From positions 18,140 to 82,139 of the forward strand of contig DATHVV010000129.1 in assembly GCA_035461105.1 (NCBI GenBank): 64,000 nucleotides of DNA, given 5' to 3'. The position numbers and the translations under genes are program-made. This DNA comes from Longimicrobiales bacterium. GTDB taxonomy: Bacteria > Gemmatimonadota > Gemmatimonadetes > Longimicrobiales > RSA9. The notes beneath the pieces are model-generated. The model saw only the letters and a program-made list of their open reading frames with translations, was not told where the DNA came from and did not search any database. This document shows, one piece after another, positions 39,097 to 49,407 of this stretch (position 1 is the stretch's first letter; the number at the start of each line of letters is the position of its first letter).

Positions 39097-40310
39097 CCGA
39101 GCTGATCGTCTTCGATGATGCGGTGGCGCGCACGTGGGCGCCGTTCGCACTCACCCGCCCCATCGGTGAGCTGCTGTTCGGCGCGCTCGTGCAGCGTGCC
39201 CGGCTCGAGCGCGTCGTCGGTGCGCCCTGCGCCGGATACCTCGGCTGTCCCGAACTGGCCGGCTTCGAAGAGCCGGGGGCGCCGCCGGTGCTGACGGGCG
39301 AGCCGGCTGCCGACCGGGCGCGCGTGTACCTGTGCTCGCGGGTTGTTCCCGACTGGGGGGCGAGTGTGCGCTGGCCGGCCGAGCGGGCGGCCGTGCTGAT
39401 CGACGGCCGGGTGGCCGGCTGGTACGTGCCGGGGGGAGCCTCCGCCCCCGCCCCGGCCGTGCTCGCCGACCCGACCTCGGCGGCCGTGCCCGGTCCTCCT
39501 CTCGAGCTGCCCGGCCGCTGGCTCGAGCACGTCTGGAACCTGGTGACGGAGAATGCCGAGCAGGTGGTCGCCGATTTCGGGGCGCTCTCCGATCCCGCCG
39601 TCAACCCCACCCCGCCGAGCGACGCCATCGGCTTCCGGCCCGGCATGCTCCACCTGGGTGCGCAGGTCGTGCTCGAGCCCGGGGTGGTGCTCGATTTCAG
39701 CGAGGGCCCGATCTGGCTCGATGACCGGGTCACGGTGCGCGCCTTCACCCGCCTGGCCGGTCCGGCGTTCGTGGGACCCGACACGGTGCTGCTGGGCGGC
39801 CCCTACAGCCACGTTTCGGTGGGGCCGGGGTGCAAGGTGCATGGCGAGCTCGAGGCGAGCGTGATCCTCGGCTACAGCAACAAGGCGCACGACGGGTTCC
39901 TGGGCCACGCGTACCTGGGCCGCTGGGTAAACCTCGGCGCCATGACCACGAACAGCGACCTGAAAAACAACTACGGCACGGTGCGGCTGTGGACGCCGGC
40001 CGGGACCGTCGACACGGGCGAGATGAAGCTAGGCTGCCTGCTCGGCGACCACGTCAAGACCGGCATCGGCGCGTTGCTCAACACCGGCACCGTGGTCGGC
40101 GCGGGCGCCAACCTGTTCGGCACGGCAATGCCGCCCAAGTACGTGCCCCCGTTCAGCTGGGGCAGCGGCGAGGACCTGGAGCGCTACGACATCGAGAAGT
40201 TCCTGGTCACCGCGGAGCTGGCCATGGCGCGTCGCCGGCAGCATCTGAGCGAGGCCATGAAGCGGCTGCTGCGGGAGGCCTGGCAACGCGATCCCGGGGT
40301 GCCTGCATGA
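39093..40310 (+). CDS. putative sugar nucleotidyltransferase with left-handed beta-helix (alternative GlmU-like family)
   Basis: Trimmed to the ATG at 39093 (ATGA overlap with the upstream gene). MTELIVFDD... followed by hexapeptide-repeat-like sequence ...GYSNKAHDGFLGHAYLGRWVNLGAMTTNSDLKNNYG... Confidence 0.75.
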   Translation: MTELIVFDDAVARTWAPFALTRPIGELLFGALVQRARLERVVGAPCAGYLGCPELAGFEEPGAPPVLTGEPAADRARVYLCSRVVPDWGASVRWPAERAAVLIDGRVAGWYVPGGASAPAPAVLADPTSAAVPGPPLELPGRWLEHVWNLVTENAEQVVADFGALSDPAVNPTPPSDAIGFRPGMLHLGAQVVLEPGVVLDFSEGPIWLDDRVTVRAFTRLAGPAFVGPDTVLLGGPYSHVSVGPGCKVHGELEASVILGYSNKAHDGFLGHAYLGRWVNLGAMTTNSDLKNNYGTVRLWTPAGTVDTGEMKLGCLLGDHVKTGIGALLNTGTVVGAGANLFGTAMPPKYVPPFSWGSGEDLERYDIEKFLVTAELAMARRRQHLSEAMKRLLREAWQRDPGVPA

Positions 40311-41137
40311 TGCGCGTCACGGTGCTCGGCAGCGGCAGCGCGGGCAACGCCACCCTGGTGGAAGCCGAGGGCGTGCGCGTGCTGATCGACGCCGGTTTCA
40401 GCGGCCGCGACCTTGCCGCCCGCCTGGAGAGTGTCGAGATCCCGCCGGAATCGCTGCAGGCCATCCTGATCACCCACGATCACGGCGACCATAGCCGCGG
40501 CATGGGAGTCCTCGCCCGCCGGTACGGAGTGCCGCTCTACCTGACGCCGCGCACTGCGGCCGCGTGCGCGCGCCTGCTGAGCGGTCGCGAGGTGGTGCGC
40601 AGCTACCAGGCCGAGCGCCCGCTGCGCATCGGTCCGCTCGAGGTGCAGCCGTTCCTCACCGTGCATGACGCCGCCGACCCGATCGCGATCACGATCCGCC
40701 ATGTGGCGAGTGGCTGCCGCATGGGGATCGCCACGGACCTGGGACGGCCGACGGCCGCGGTGCGCGCCGCACTGGCCGGCTGTCACCTGCTCGTGCTCGA
40801 GGCCAATCACGATGATGCCATGCTGTGGCAGGGGCCCTACCCCTGGTCGGTGAAGCAGCGCATCGCGTCCAGCCATGGGCACCTCTCCAACCGGGCCGCC
40901 GCCGAGCTCGCGCAGGAGCTGCATCACACCGCCCTGGGCTGCGTCGTGCTCGCGCACCTGAGCGAGCACTGCAACGTGCCGGCACTCGCGCGCGAAGTGC
41001 TCGGCATCGCCCTCGAACGCATCGGCTACCGCGGGGCACTGAGCGTGGCTGGCCCCGCCCGGCCGCTCGCGCCGATCGATGTGATGGAGATCCGCCGGAA
41101 GGTGGGCGCCACCTCGGAGCAGCTCACGCTGCTCTGA
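40307..41137 (+). CDS. MBL-fold metallo-hydrolase (YycJ/PhnP-like)
   Basis: Trimmed to the ATG at 40307 (ATGA overlap). MMRVTVLGSGSAGNATLVE...ILITHDHGDHSRG... contains the HxHxDH motif. Confidence 0.88.
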   Translation: MMRVTVLGSGSAGNATLVEAEGVRVLIDAGFSGRDLAARLESVEIPPESLQAILITHDHGDHSRGMGVLARRYGVPLYLTPRTAAACARLLSGREVVRSYQAERPLRIGPLEVQPFLTVHDAADPIAITIRHVASGCRMGIATDLGRPTAAVRAALAGCHLLVLEANHDDAMLWQGPYPWSVKQRIASSHGHLSNRAAAELAQELHHTALGCVVLAHLSEHCNVPALAREVLGIALERIGYRGALSVAGPARPLAPIDVMEIRRKVGATSEQLTLL

Positions 41138-41153
41138 GGCGGCGCCGTCCGCG

Positions 41154-42566
41154 CTATATCCCGAACCAGCGCATCAGGTCGTTGCCGATCGCCCAGACCA
41201 TGATGCCAATGATCACGATGAAGCCGAGCTGGGAGAGGCGCATGCGCTGCTCGATCGAGAGCGGACGCCGGCGGATCCCCTCGATACCCAGGAATACGAG
41301 GTGACCACCGTCCAGCACCGGTATCGGCAGCAGGTTGATGACCGCGAGGTTGACCGACAGCAGCGCCATGAAGGCGAGCGTTTCCATCAGCCCCATGCGT
41401 GCCACCTGGCCGCTCAACTGGGCAATCATGATCGGGCCGCCGACGCTGCGGGCCGAGTGCCGGCCGGTGATGATGCCACCCAGGAAGTCCAGGGTCATCA
41501 CGACCATATCCCAGGTCTGCTTCGCGCCGCTGCCGATCGCGGCGATCGGGCCGACCCGCACCAGGTCCGGCGATATCGGCGCCGCCATCACGCCGATACG
41601 ACCGTAGCTGCGCGCCCCCTGCCGATGTTCCTCGGGCGTGACCGGGATCTGGAGCAGCTGGCTGTCGCGCTGCACCTCCAACACCAGCGGCCTGCCGGGG
41701 CTCGCCTCGATCACGCCGGCGAAATCCTGCCAGGTGGACACTGGCTGACCGTCCGCGCGGATGATCCGGTCACCGGCCTCGAGGCCGGCGCCTTCCGCAG
41801 CACTGCCGGAGACCACGTCCCCTAGCACGGCCGCGCTCTCCCGGTGCGGCTGGATCGCGCCGAGCAGGCTGCCACGCAGCGAGTCGGCGGCCGGCAGCTC
41901 GATGCGGACGGACGCCCCATCCGCGAGCGTCAGGTCGAGCGGCCCTGCGCGCGACTGGAGGATCGCCCGCTGCAGCTCCGCCCACGTGGATACGTCCCGG
42001 GTTCCGACGCGTGAAACGGTGGTCCCCGGGGGCAGCGTCGCGAGCACTTCCGTGCCCGGCGGCAGCAGCTCCTCGCGCACGTCCGTGAGCACCGGACCGC
42101 GGTCGCGCACCACGCCCCAGACCATCGCGATCGCGCTGAACACCACGAACGCGAACAGCAGGTTCATGATTACGCCCGCGGAGATCACGAGGGCCCGGGC
42201 CCAGAGCGGCTTCGACTCGAAATCGCGCGGCCGCACGGTGCGTGGCGCGCCTTCCTTGCGATGCTCCACCATCTCGGTGAGCGTGGTGTCGCCCCCCTCG
42301 ATCGCCTCCATCTCCTCCATGCCGGCCATCTTGACGTAGCCGCCCAGCGGCAGCGCCGAGATGACGTACTCGGTCTCGCCCCGCCGGAATCCGACGACCT
42401 TCGGCCCGAACCCGATGGAGAAGCGAGGCACCTCGATGTCCACCGCCTTGGCGGTCAGGAAATGCCCGAGCTCGTGCACGAAGATGAGCACGCCGAGCAC
42501 GATGATGGTCGCGACGACCCAGTTCTGAAAAAGCCAGCCGAAGTCTACGGCGAGAGTGGCGAGCAT
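41154..42566 (-). CDS. rseP: RIP site-2 zinc metalloprotease RseP (M50)
   Basis: 470 aa. HELGHFLTAKA motif, PDZ region and multiple TM segments. Confidence 0.93.
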   Translation of the reverse strand: MLATLAVDFGWLFQNWVVATIIVLGVLIFVHELGHFLTAKAVDIEVPRFSIGFGPKVVGFRRGETEYVISALPLGGYVKMAGMEEMEAIEGGDTTLTEMVEHRKEGAPRTVRPRDFESKPLWARALVISAGVIMNLLFAFVVFSAIAMVWGVVRDRGPVLTDVREELLPPGTEVLATLPPGTTVSRVGTRDVSTWAELQRAILQSRAGPLDLTLADGASVRIELPAADSLRGSLLGAIQPHRESAAVLGDVVSGSAAEGAGLEAGDRIIRADGQPVSTWQDFAGVIEASPGRPLVLEVQRDSQLLQIPVTPEEHRQGARSYGRIGVMAAPISPDLVRVGPIAAIGSGAKQTWDMVVMTLDFLGGIITGRHSARSVGGPIMIAQLSGQVARMGLMETLAFMALLSVNLAVINLLPIPVLDGGHLVFLGIEGIRRRPLSIEQRMRLSQLGFIVIIGIMVWAIGNDLMRWFGI

Positions 42567-43702
42567 CAGGCTCCTATCGTCCGGGTAGACAACTCACGCG
42601 CCCACTGGTCCGCTGCGAGCACCTGCTCGAGCGACGTCACCGCCACCGGGTCGTGCGCCCCGAGCGCGCGCTCTATGGTGCGCGCGATCGCCGGGAACGG
42701 AATGCGGCCCTCCAGGAAGCCCGCGACGGCGACCTCGTTGGCGGCATTGTATACTGCCGGTGCCGTGCCGCCCGCGCGACCGGCTTCGAGCCCCAGGCCG
42801 AATGCGGGAAAGCGAACGCCATCGATGGGCTCGAAGCTCAGTGTCCCGGCAGCGAGCGGGTCGAAGCTGCGGGTGCCGGCGTCGGGGATCCGCCCGGGAT
42901 GCGTCAGGGCGTAGAGAATGGGCAGCTCCATGGTCGGGAAGCCTAGCTGCGCCAGCACGGAACCGTCCACCAGCTCGACCATCGAGTGGATGATGGACTG
43001 CGGGTGAACGACGACCTCGATCGCATCGTAGGGCATCCCGAACAGGAAATGGCCTTCGATCACCTCGAGCGCCTTGTTCGCGAGCGTCGCCGAATCGATG
43101 CTGATCTTCGCGCCCATTTCCCAGGTCGGATGCTGCAGCGCTTCCGCGGGCGTGACGCTTTCCAGCTCCACGGCGGAGCGATTGCGGAACGGGCCGCCCG
43201 AGGCCGTGAGGATCAGCCGGCGCATGCCGGTCTGCCCGCTCGCGGCAAGGCACTGCAGGATCGCGCTGTGCTCGCTGTCGATCGGCACCAGCTCGCCGCC
43301 CCCCTGGCGCAGCGCCGCGAGCACGAGCGGACCGCCGGCCACCAGCGACTCCTTGTTTGCGAGCGCCAGGCGCTTCCCGGCTCCGAGGGCGGCGAGCGTC
43401 GCTTCGAGGCCGGCCGCCCCGACCATCGCGTTGATCACGACATCGGCCCGGGGATGCGCAGCCGCTTCCAGCAAGGCCGACCGCCCACCCCGGAGCCGGC
43501 CACCGCATTCGCTGGCCCGTCCGGCATCGGCCAGCACCGCGAGCTCGGGCTGGAATCGAGCGACCTGCGCCTCCAGTTCCACGACCCGCTGATGCGCGGC
43601 CAGGGCAACTATCCGGAACCGGTCCGGGTGGCGCGCGACGACCGCGAGCGCGCTCCGCCCGATCGAGCCGGTCGAGCCGAGGACGGCTACTCCGAGAGGC
43701 AT
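42566..43702 (-). CDS. dxr: 1-deoxy-D-xylulose 5-phosphate reductoisomerase
   Basis: 378 aa. ...VLGSTGSIGRSAL...LANKESLV... Confidence 0.96.
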   Translation of the reverse strand: MPLGVAVLGSTGSIGRSALAVVARHPDRFRIVALAAHQRVVELEAQVARFQPELAVLADAGRASECGGRLRGGRSALLEAAAHPRADVVINAMVGAAGLEATLAALGAGKRLALANKESLVAGGPLVLAALRQGGGELVPIDSEHSAILQCLAASGQTGMRRLILTASGGPFRNRSAVELESVTPAEALQHPTWEMGAKISIDSATLANKALEVIEGHFLFGMPYDAIEVVVHPQSIIHSMVELVDGSVLAQLGFPTMELPILYALTHPGRIPDAGTRSFDPLAAGTLSFEPIDGVRFPAFGLGLEAGRAGGTAPAVYNAANEVAVAGFLEGRIPFPAIARTIERALGAHDPVAVTSLEQVLAADQWARELSTRTIGA

Positions 43703-43706
43703 TCGG

Positions 43707-44609
43707 CTAGAGCACCGCGCTCAGGTACCAGAACGCCACGGGAAAAGCGAACAGCAGCGAATCCACCCGGTCGAGCAGGCCGCCATGGCCCGGGAAGAGC
43801 GTACCCGAATCCTTGACGCCGGCCTCGCGCTTGAGCAGAGACTCGACCAGGTCGCCGAGCTGCGCGACGACGCTGACGAGCGCACCGCCCGCCGCGCCCA
43901 CCGCCCAGTCGAGCGGAATGCCCGCCAGCCTGGAGGCGAGCCATCCGTAGAAGGCACCGCCGATGACCGTGACGACCACGCCGGCAGCTGCGCCCGCGAC
44001 CGTCTTCGCGGGACTCACCGTCGGGATCAACTTGCGCCGGCCGAACGCCCGACCGCCGAAGTACGCGCCGGTGTCGCTGATCCAGGTGAGGATCAGCGGG
44101 AAGCCCACCAGCAACGCGCCCGCCAGCTGGGCGTCGGGGCCCGGGAACGCGCTCCCGGCGGTGCCGTCAGTGAGCGGGGACAGCCCGGCGGGCGCGAGGT
44201 AGCGCAGGAACATGGCATAGCTCAGCGTGCCCCCCAGCAGCAGCGCCGCGAGCACCGTCACCGCGACCGCCGACAACGGCGCGCCCGCCGTCCCCCGCAG
44301 CCAGATCGCGGCCGCTCCCAGCACCAGCGTGGCCAGGATCAGGGCCAGCCAGAACCAGGGCGCCGCCGACTCGGGCACGGGCCGCGCGGTCGCCAGCAGC
44401 ACGAAGGTGGCTGCCAGCGCCGCCGCGGCGAGCGTGAACGGCTGCACGCCGCGCTGCTCCGCCATCCGGCACAGCTCGACGGCCCCGACCGCAGCCGCGG
44501 CGGCCAGCACCAGGCCCATGATCCAGCCGCCGGCGTAGACTGCCGCGACGACCACCGGGATGCCCAGCCCGGCTACCCCCAGGCGACGCCCCAGATCGGA
44601 GCCTGCCAT
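43707..44609 (-). CDS. cdsA: phosphatidate cytidylyltransferase
   Basis: Trimmed to the ATG at 44609 (MAGSDLGRRLGVAGLGIPVVV...). Polytopic, with the C-terminal CDS signature ...SLLKREAGVKDSGTLFPGHGGLLDRVDS... Confidence 0.9.
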   Translation of the reverse strand: MAGSDLGRRLGVAGLGIPVVVAAVYAGGWIMGLVLAAAAAVGAVELCRMAEQRGVQPFTLAAAALAATFVLLATARPVPESAAPWFWLALILATLVLGAAAIWLRGTAGAPLSAVAVTVLAALLLGGTLSYAMFLRYLAPAGLSPLTDGTAGSAFPGPDAQLAGALLVGFPLILTWISDTGAYFGGRAFGRRKLIPTVSPAKTVAGAAAGVVVTVIGGAFYGWLASRLAGIPLDWAVGAAGGALVSVVAQLGDLVESLLKREAGVKDSGTLFPGHGGLLDRVDSLLFAFPVAFWYLSAVL

Positions 44610-44611
44610 GC

Positions 44612-45370
44612 TCAGCTCGCGCTCACGCGGCCGAACCGGCGCTCGCGGCCCTGATAATCCTGGATTGCCGCAAAGAGATGCTCTCTCCGGAAGTCGGGCC
44701 AGTAAACCGGCGTGATGTGCAGCTCGGTGTACGCCACCTGCCACAGCATGAAATTCGAGATGCGCTGCTCGCCCGAGGTCCGGATCAGCAGGTCCGGGTC
44801 GGGCACTTCGGCGGTGTAAAGCTCGGCCGCGAACCGGGCTTCGTCGATCTCCGCCGGCAGCAGGCGCCCGCTCGCCACCTGGTCGGCGAGGCGCCGCGCG
44901 GCGCGCACGATCTCGGCGCGCGCTCCGTAACTCAGCATCAGGTTCAGGTCCAGGCGGGTGCCGTCCGCCGTATGCTGCTGGATCTGCTCGACCGCGCGCC
45001 GGGGCGCGGCCGGCATGCGGTCCAGCTCGCCGAATACCCGCACCCGCACGCCCTGCCGCTTGAGCTCGACGCGCTCCTTGACCACGTAGCGCTGCAGCAG
45101 CTTCATGAGTGCGGCCACCTCGGCCGCGGGACGGTCCCAGTTCTCCTGGGAGAACGTGAACAGCGTGAGCACCTGGACACCCGCCTCGATGGCGCCCTCG
45201 ATGACGTCGCGCACCGATGTCATGCCGGCCGCGTGACCGCGGAAGCGCGGCAGTCCGCGACTCCGGGCCCAGCGGCCGTTTCCATCCATGATCACGGCGA
45301 TGTGGGCGGGCACCGGCCCGCCCAGCCGGATCGCCTGCAACAGCTCAGCCCGCGTGGCAGAAGACTCCAC
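44612..45370 (-). CDS. uppS: di-trans,poly-cis-undecaprenyl-diphosphate synthase
   Basis: 252 aa. ...HIAVIMDGNGRWA...IRTSGEQRISNFMLWQ... Confidence 0.95.
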   Translation of the reverse strand: MESSATRAELLQAIRLGGPVPAHIAVIMDGNGRWARSRGLPRFRGHAAGMTSVRDVIEGAIEAGVQVLTLFTFSQENWDRPAAEVAALMKLLQRYVVKERVELKRQGVRVRVFGELDRMPAAPRRAVEQIQQHTADGTRLDLNLMLSYGARAEIVRAARRLADQVASGRLLPAEIDEARFAAELYTAEVPDPDLLIRTSGEQRISNFMLWQVAYTELHITPVYWPDFRREHLFAAIQDYQGRERRFGRVSAS

Positions 45371-45371
45371 G

Positions 45372-45923
45372 CTAGACCTCCATCACCTCCTCCTCCTTCG
45401 TCTTGAGGAGGCTGTCGACCTTGGCGATGTACTCGTCGGTGAGCTTCTGGATGCGGTCCGTCTCGCGCTTCGCCTCATCCTCGCTCAGCTCGTGGGCGTC
45501 CTTGCGACGCTTGATTTCCTTGTTCGCGTCCTGGCGCGCATGCCGCACCGCGATGCGCCCGTCCTCCGCGTAGCGATGCAACATCTTCACCAGCTCCTTG
45601 CGACGCTCCTCGTTGAGCGCCGGGATCGGCACCCGGATCACGTTCCCGTCACTCGACGGATTGAGTCCGAGGTCCGAGTCACGAATGGCCTTGTCAATGG
45701 CCTTCGTGAGTGATTTGTCGAACGGCTGAACGATCAGCAGGCGCGGCTCCGGCGTGCTCACCGAGGCGACCTGGTTGAGCGGCATCCGGGAACCGTACGC
45801 TTCCACCCGCACCATTTCGAGCAGCGCCGGGGACGCCTTGCCCGTGCGCACCCCGCCGAACTCGCGCCGCATCGCCTCGAGCGCCTTGTCCATGTGCGCC
45901 CTGGCTTCGCCGTACGTAGGCAT
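45372..45923 (-). CDS. frr: ribosome recycling factor
   Basis: 183 aa. Canonical RRF sequence and the conserved pyrH-frr-uppS-cdsA-dxr-rseP order. Confidence 0.96.
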   Translation of the reverse strand: MPTYGEARAHMDKALEAMRREFGGVRTGKASPALLEMVRVEAYGSRMPLNQVASVSTPEPRLLIVQPFDKSLTKAIDKAIRDSDLGLNPSSDGNVIRVPIPALNEERRKELVKMLHRYAEDGRIAVRHARQDANKEIKRRKDAHELSEDEAKRETDRIQKLTDEYIAKVDSLLKTKEEEVMEV

Positions 45924-45973
45924 TCCGATTCCTCCGTGTGATTACCGGGGCCGGGAAAATACCCCCGGCCCGC

Positions 45974-46693
45974 TCACGAAACCAGCGTCCCCATGCGCTC
46001 CCCGCGCAGGGCCGCCGCGACCGCCCCCTTCTCGTGCAGGTTCAGCACGATAATGGGCAGATTGTTCTCCTTGCACAGCGAGACCGCGGCCGCGTCCATC
46101 ACCTTCAGCTCCCGGGCGAGTACGTCCTGGTAGGTGAGGCGCGGAATGAACTCCGCGGTCGGGTCCTTGACCGGGTCCGCCGTGAATACGCCGCTCACCT
46201 TGGTGGCCTTGATCAGCACGTCGGCGTGGACTTCGATCGCGCGCAGGACCGCCGCGGTATCCGTCGAGAAGTACGGGTTGCCGGTACCGCCCGCGAAGAT
46301 CACGACGCGCCGCTTCTCCAGGTGCCGCAGCGCGCGTCGCCGGATATAGGGCTCGGCGAGCGCCTCCATGCGGATCGCCGTCAGCACGCGCGTCTCGACA
46401 CCCTTGCGCTCGAGCAGGTCCTGCAGCGCGAGCGCGTTGATGATGGTGGCGAGCATGCCCATGTAATCCGCGCTCACCCGATCCATGCCCTGCTGGCTGG
46501 CCTGCGTGCCGCGTACGATGTTGCCGCCGCCGATCACCAGGCCCACGTCCACGCCCATGGCATGCAGGTCGCGGATGTCCTCGGTGAGCCGGTTCACGAC
46601 CGGTGGCGCAATGCCGAAGCCCTGCTCGCCGGCCAGTGCCTCACCGCTCAGCTTCAGGACCACCCGCCGGTACTTCAGGTCTTCGGCAGCCAT
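45974..46693 (-). CDS. pyrH: UMP kinase
   Basis: 239 aa. ...[13 protein letters not shown]...GGGNIVRG... Confidence 0.96.
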   Translation of the reverse strand: MAAEDLKYRRVVLKLSGEALAGEQGFGIAPPVVNRLTEDIRDLHAMGVDVGLVIGGGNIVRGTQASQQGMDRVSADYMGMLATIINALALQDLLERKGVETRVLTAIRMEALAEPYIRRRALRHLEKRRVVIFAGGTGNPYFSTDTAAVLRAIEVHADVLIKATKVSGVFTADPVKDPTAEFIPRLTYQDVLARELKVMDAAAVSLCKENNLPIIVLNLHEKGAVAAALRGERMGTLVS

Positions 46694-46695
46694 GA

Positions 46696-47292
46696 CTACT
46701 CTCCCATCGCGTAGCGCACGAAGCGACGCACCACGATGTTCTCGCCGGTCTTCGCGGTCGCTTCCTGGACCAGCTGCCCGACCGTGATGTCCGGGTTCTT
46801 CACGAACGGCTGCCGCAGCAGTGTCCGCTCCTGGTAGAACTTCTTCAGCTTGCCCTCGGTGATCTTGTCCCAGAGGTTCTCGGGCTTGCCCTCCGCCTTC
46901 ACCTGCTCGCGGAAGATGGCGCGCTCGCGATCGACCACGTCCGCAGCGATACCCGCCTCATCGACGGCGAGCGGGTCGGAGGCCGCAACGTGCATGGCCA
47001 GGTCGCGGATCAGCGTCTGGAAGATCTCGTTACGCGCGACGAAATCGGTCTCGCAACCGACCTCGACCAGCACCCCGATGCGCCCGCCCATGTGCACGTA
47101 GCTGCCGATCGCGCCCTCTTTCGTCTCCCGCCCGGAACGCTTCGCGGCCTTTGCCGCCCCTCTCGTCCGCAGCAGGTCGATCGCCTTCTCCACGTCACCG
47201 CTGGTCTCCTCGAGCGCCTTCTTGCACTCCATCATGCCCGCGCCGGTACGCTCGCGCAGCTCCTGCACCTGCTTTGCCGATATCGCCATCAT
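46696..47292 (-). CDS. tsf: elongation factor Ts (short form)
   Basis: 198 aa. ...[26 protein letters not shown]... Confidence 0.95.
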   Translation of the reverse strand: MMAISAKQVQELRERTGAGMMECKKALEETSGDVEKAIDLLRTRGAAKAAKRSGRETKEGAIGSYVHMGGRIGVLVEVGCETDFVARNEIFQTLIRDLAMHVAASDPLAVDEAGIAADVVDRERAIFREQVKAEGKPENLWDKITEGKLKKFYQERTLLRQPFVKNPDITVGQLVQEATAKTGENIVVRRFVRYAMGE

Positions 47293-47419
47293 TCGCCCGT
47301 TCGTTCTCGTTCAGGTTCGGACCCGGCGCTACCACGCGCCGCGACCTCAACAAAAAGCGCTGCAGGGCTGCAGGGAAAGCAGCGCTGCAGCGCTTCCATG
47401 CGCTGGGCAGCAGGACCGG

Positions 47420-48325
47420 CTACGCCTCTTCCCCGCCCTCGGCCGCCGGCGCAGCGGCGGCTTCCTCTTCGCCCTCGCCCGGCGTGCGCAGCGTCGCGAT
47501 CACGTCGGCGCGCGGCCGGCGCTTGCGGCGCGGACGCCGGCGCTTGCCCTTGTCCTCGGCCGACGTGTCCTGGGCCAGCCCGCCTTCGCTCGAGTAGGTC
47601 GAAGCCTCCACCTCGTCGGCACGGCGGCGCGCGTCCGGCGGCAGCTCCCGGCGGGCCTGCTCGATCGCATCGGCGATCGAGCCTGCGATCAACGATACCG
47701 CGCGGATCGCATCGTCATTGCCCGGGATCGGGTAGTCGATCTGCTCCGGGTCCGCGTTCGTGTCCGTGATCGCGATCACCGGGATGCCCAGCTTGCGGGC
47801 TTCCTTGACCGCGATGGTCTCGCGTCGCGAGTCGACCACGAAGAGGGCGCCCGGCAGGCGGCCCATGTCCTTCACGCCGCCCAGGTATTTGTCGAGCTTG
47901 TCCCGCTCGCGCTGCAACAGCAGTTGCTCCTTCTTCGTGTAGAACTCGTACGCACCCTCATCCAGCCCGCGCTCGAGGTCCTTGAGCCGACGGATCTGCT
48001 TCTTGATCGTCGTGAAGTTGGTGAGCATGCCGCCCAGCCAGCGCTCCGTCACCCAGAACGAACCGCAGCGCGCCGCCTCGGCCTCGACGATGGGACGCAG
48101 CTGCCGCTTCGTGCAGACGAACAGCAGGCGGTCGCCCTCGAGCGTCACCTCGCGCGCCGCCTGCGCCGCCGCCTGCAGCGCCAGATGCGTCTTCTTCAGG
48201 TCGATGATGTGAATGCCGTTGCGCTCCGCGAAGATGTAACGCTTCATCTTCGGGTTCCAGCGGCTGCGCTGATGGCCGAAATGGACGCCGGCCTCGAGCA
48301 GGTCCTGCAGCTGTGTCTCCGCCAT
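47420..48325 (-). CDS. rpsB: 30S ribosomal protein S2 (with charged C-terminal extension)
   Basis: 301 aa. ...LLEAGVHFGHQRSRWNPKM... The last ~55 aa form a basic/acidic tail that I do not expect in a canonical S2. Confidence 0.96.
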   Translation of the reverse strand: MAETQLQDLLEAGVHFGHQRSRWNPKMKRYIFAERNGIHIIDLKKTHLALQAAAQAAREVTLEGDRLLFVCTKRQLRPIVEAEAARCGSFWVTERWLGGMLTNFTTIKKQIRRLKDLERGLDEGAYEFYTKKEQLLLQRERDKLDKYLGGVKDMGRLPGALFVVDSRRETIAVKEARKLGIPVIAITDTNADPEQIDYPIPGNDDAIRAVSLIAGSIADAIEQARRELPPDARRRADEVEASTYSSEGGLAQDTSAEDKGKRRRPRRKRRPRADVIATLRTPGEGEEEAAAAPAAEGGEEA

Positions 48326-48420
48326 GTGCCTCGTACTCTCGGGGTTGTGCCTCCACCGCGTTCGCCCGCAGCGCCGACCTTTTCAGGACCCCAGCGCCGC
48401 GTCCCGCGGTGTGCGTGATG

Positions 48421-48449
48421 CGTACGGCCGGGACGGCCCCGGCCGTACG
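48421..48449 (-). terminator. perfect 11-bp stem-loop just downstream of the rpsI stop (possible terminator or stabiliser; no U-tract)
   Basis: CGTACGGCCGG-GACGGCC-CCGGCCGTACG, starting 14 nt after the rpsI stop codon. Confidence 0.35.
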
Positions 48450-48462
48450 GTGAGTGCTCCGG

Positions 48463-48852
48463 TTACCGCTTCGAGAACTGGAACCGCTTGCGCGCGCCCG
48501 GTCGGCCCGGCTTCTTGCGCTCGACCTCGCGCGGGTCACGCGTCAGCATCCGCTTCTCGCGCAACGCGACCCGCAGCTCGGCGTCGTAGTGCAGCAGCGC
48601 CCGGGCAAGACCCAGCCGGATCGCGCCCGCCTGCCCGGTCGTGCCGCCGCCATCCACGTTCACCCGCACGTCCATGCGGCCCTGCGTGTTCGTGGCCGCG
48701 AGCGGCTCCTGGATGTGCTGCTGCAGCGAATGGCGCGGGAAGTAGTCGCTGATGGTGCGGCCGTTGACGGTCCATTGCCCGCTGCCCGGCGTCATCCAGA
48801 CCCGGGCCACGCTCGACTTCCGGCGGCCGATCCCGTGGAACTGATTTTCCAT
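48463..48852 (-). CDS. rpsI: 30S ribosomal protein S9
   Basis: Trimmed to the ATG at 48852 ([20 protein letters not shown]...KKPGRPGARKRFQFSKR), 129 aa. TAATG overlap with the rplM stop. Confidence 0.95.
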   Translation of the reverse strand: MENQFHGIGRRKSSVARVWMTPGSGQWTVNGRTISDYFPRHSLQQHIQEPLAATNTQGRMDVRVNVDGGGTTGQAGAIRLGLARALLHYDAELRVALREKRMLTRDPREVERKKPGRPGARKRFQFSKR

Positions 48853-49283
48853 TATGCGATCTCGTAGGGCTGGGGCTGCTGGGCCGCGTGCGGATGCTCC
48901 GGGCCCGCGTACACCTTCAGCTTGCGGCGCATGAGCCGGCCGAGATTGTTCTTCGGCAGCATCCCCTTGACCGCCAGACCGATCACCCGCTCCGGGTGCT
49001 TCTCGATCATGGTACGGAACGGGATGAACCGCTCGCCGCCCATGTAGCCCGAGTGGCGGAAGTACGCCTTGTTCTCGGCCTTGTTGCCGGTCAGCCGAAC
49101 CTTCTCCGCATTGATCACGACCACGAAATCGCCCGTGTCGAGATGCGGCGTAAACATCGGCTTGTGCTTGCCCCGGAGCAGCTGCGCCACGTGGCTCGCG
49201 AGTCGGCCCAGGACCTGGTCCTGCGCGTCGACCACCAGCCACCGGCGCTCGATCTCCGGTGCCTTCGGGGTGTAGGTTTTCAT
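48852..49283 (-). CDS. rplM: 50S ribosomal protein L13
   Basis: Trimmed to the ATG at 49283 ([30 protein letters not shown]...), 143 aa. Confidence 0.95.
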   Translation of the reverse strand: MKTYTPKAPEIERRWLVVDAQDQVLGRLASHVAQLLRGKHKPMFTPHLDTGDFVVVINAEKVRLTGNKAENKAYFRHSGYMGGERFIPFRTMIEKHPERVIGLAVKGMLPKNNLGRLMRRKLKVYAGPEHPHAAQQPQPYEIA

Positions 49284-49317
49284 GCGAGCCCTGTAAGTGA
49301 CGTCAGTAAAGCTCTGA

Positions 49318-49346
49318 AGCTTAGAACAACCCACAGACCTTGTCAA
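49318..49346 (-). promoter_or_regulatory. sigma-70-type promoter of rplM-rpsI
   Basis: Minus strand reads TTGACA (49346-49341), a 17-nt spacer, then TAAGCT (49323-49318), about 35 nt upstream of the rplM ATG. Confidence 0.6.
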
Positions 49347-49407
49347 CCGCGAAAAAAGCGCGAAATGGCTGGAGCCACGCGGCGAAATTCTCGGAACGGA
49401 TTGACGG

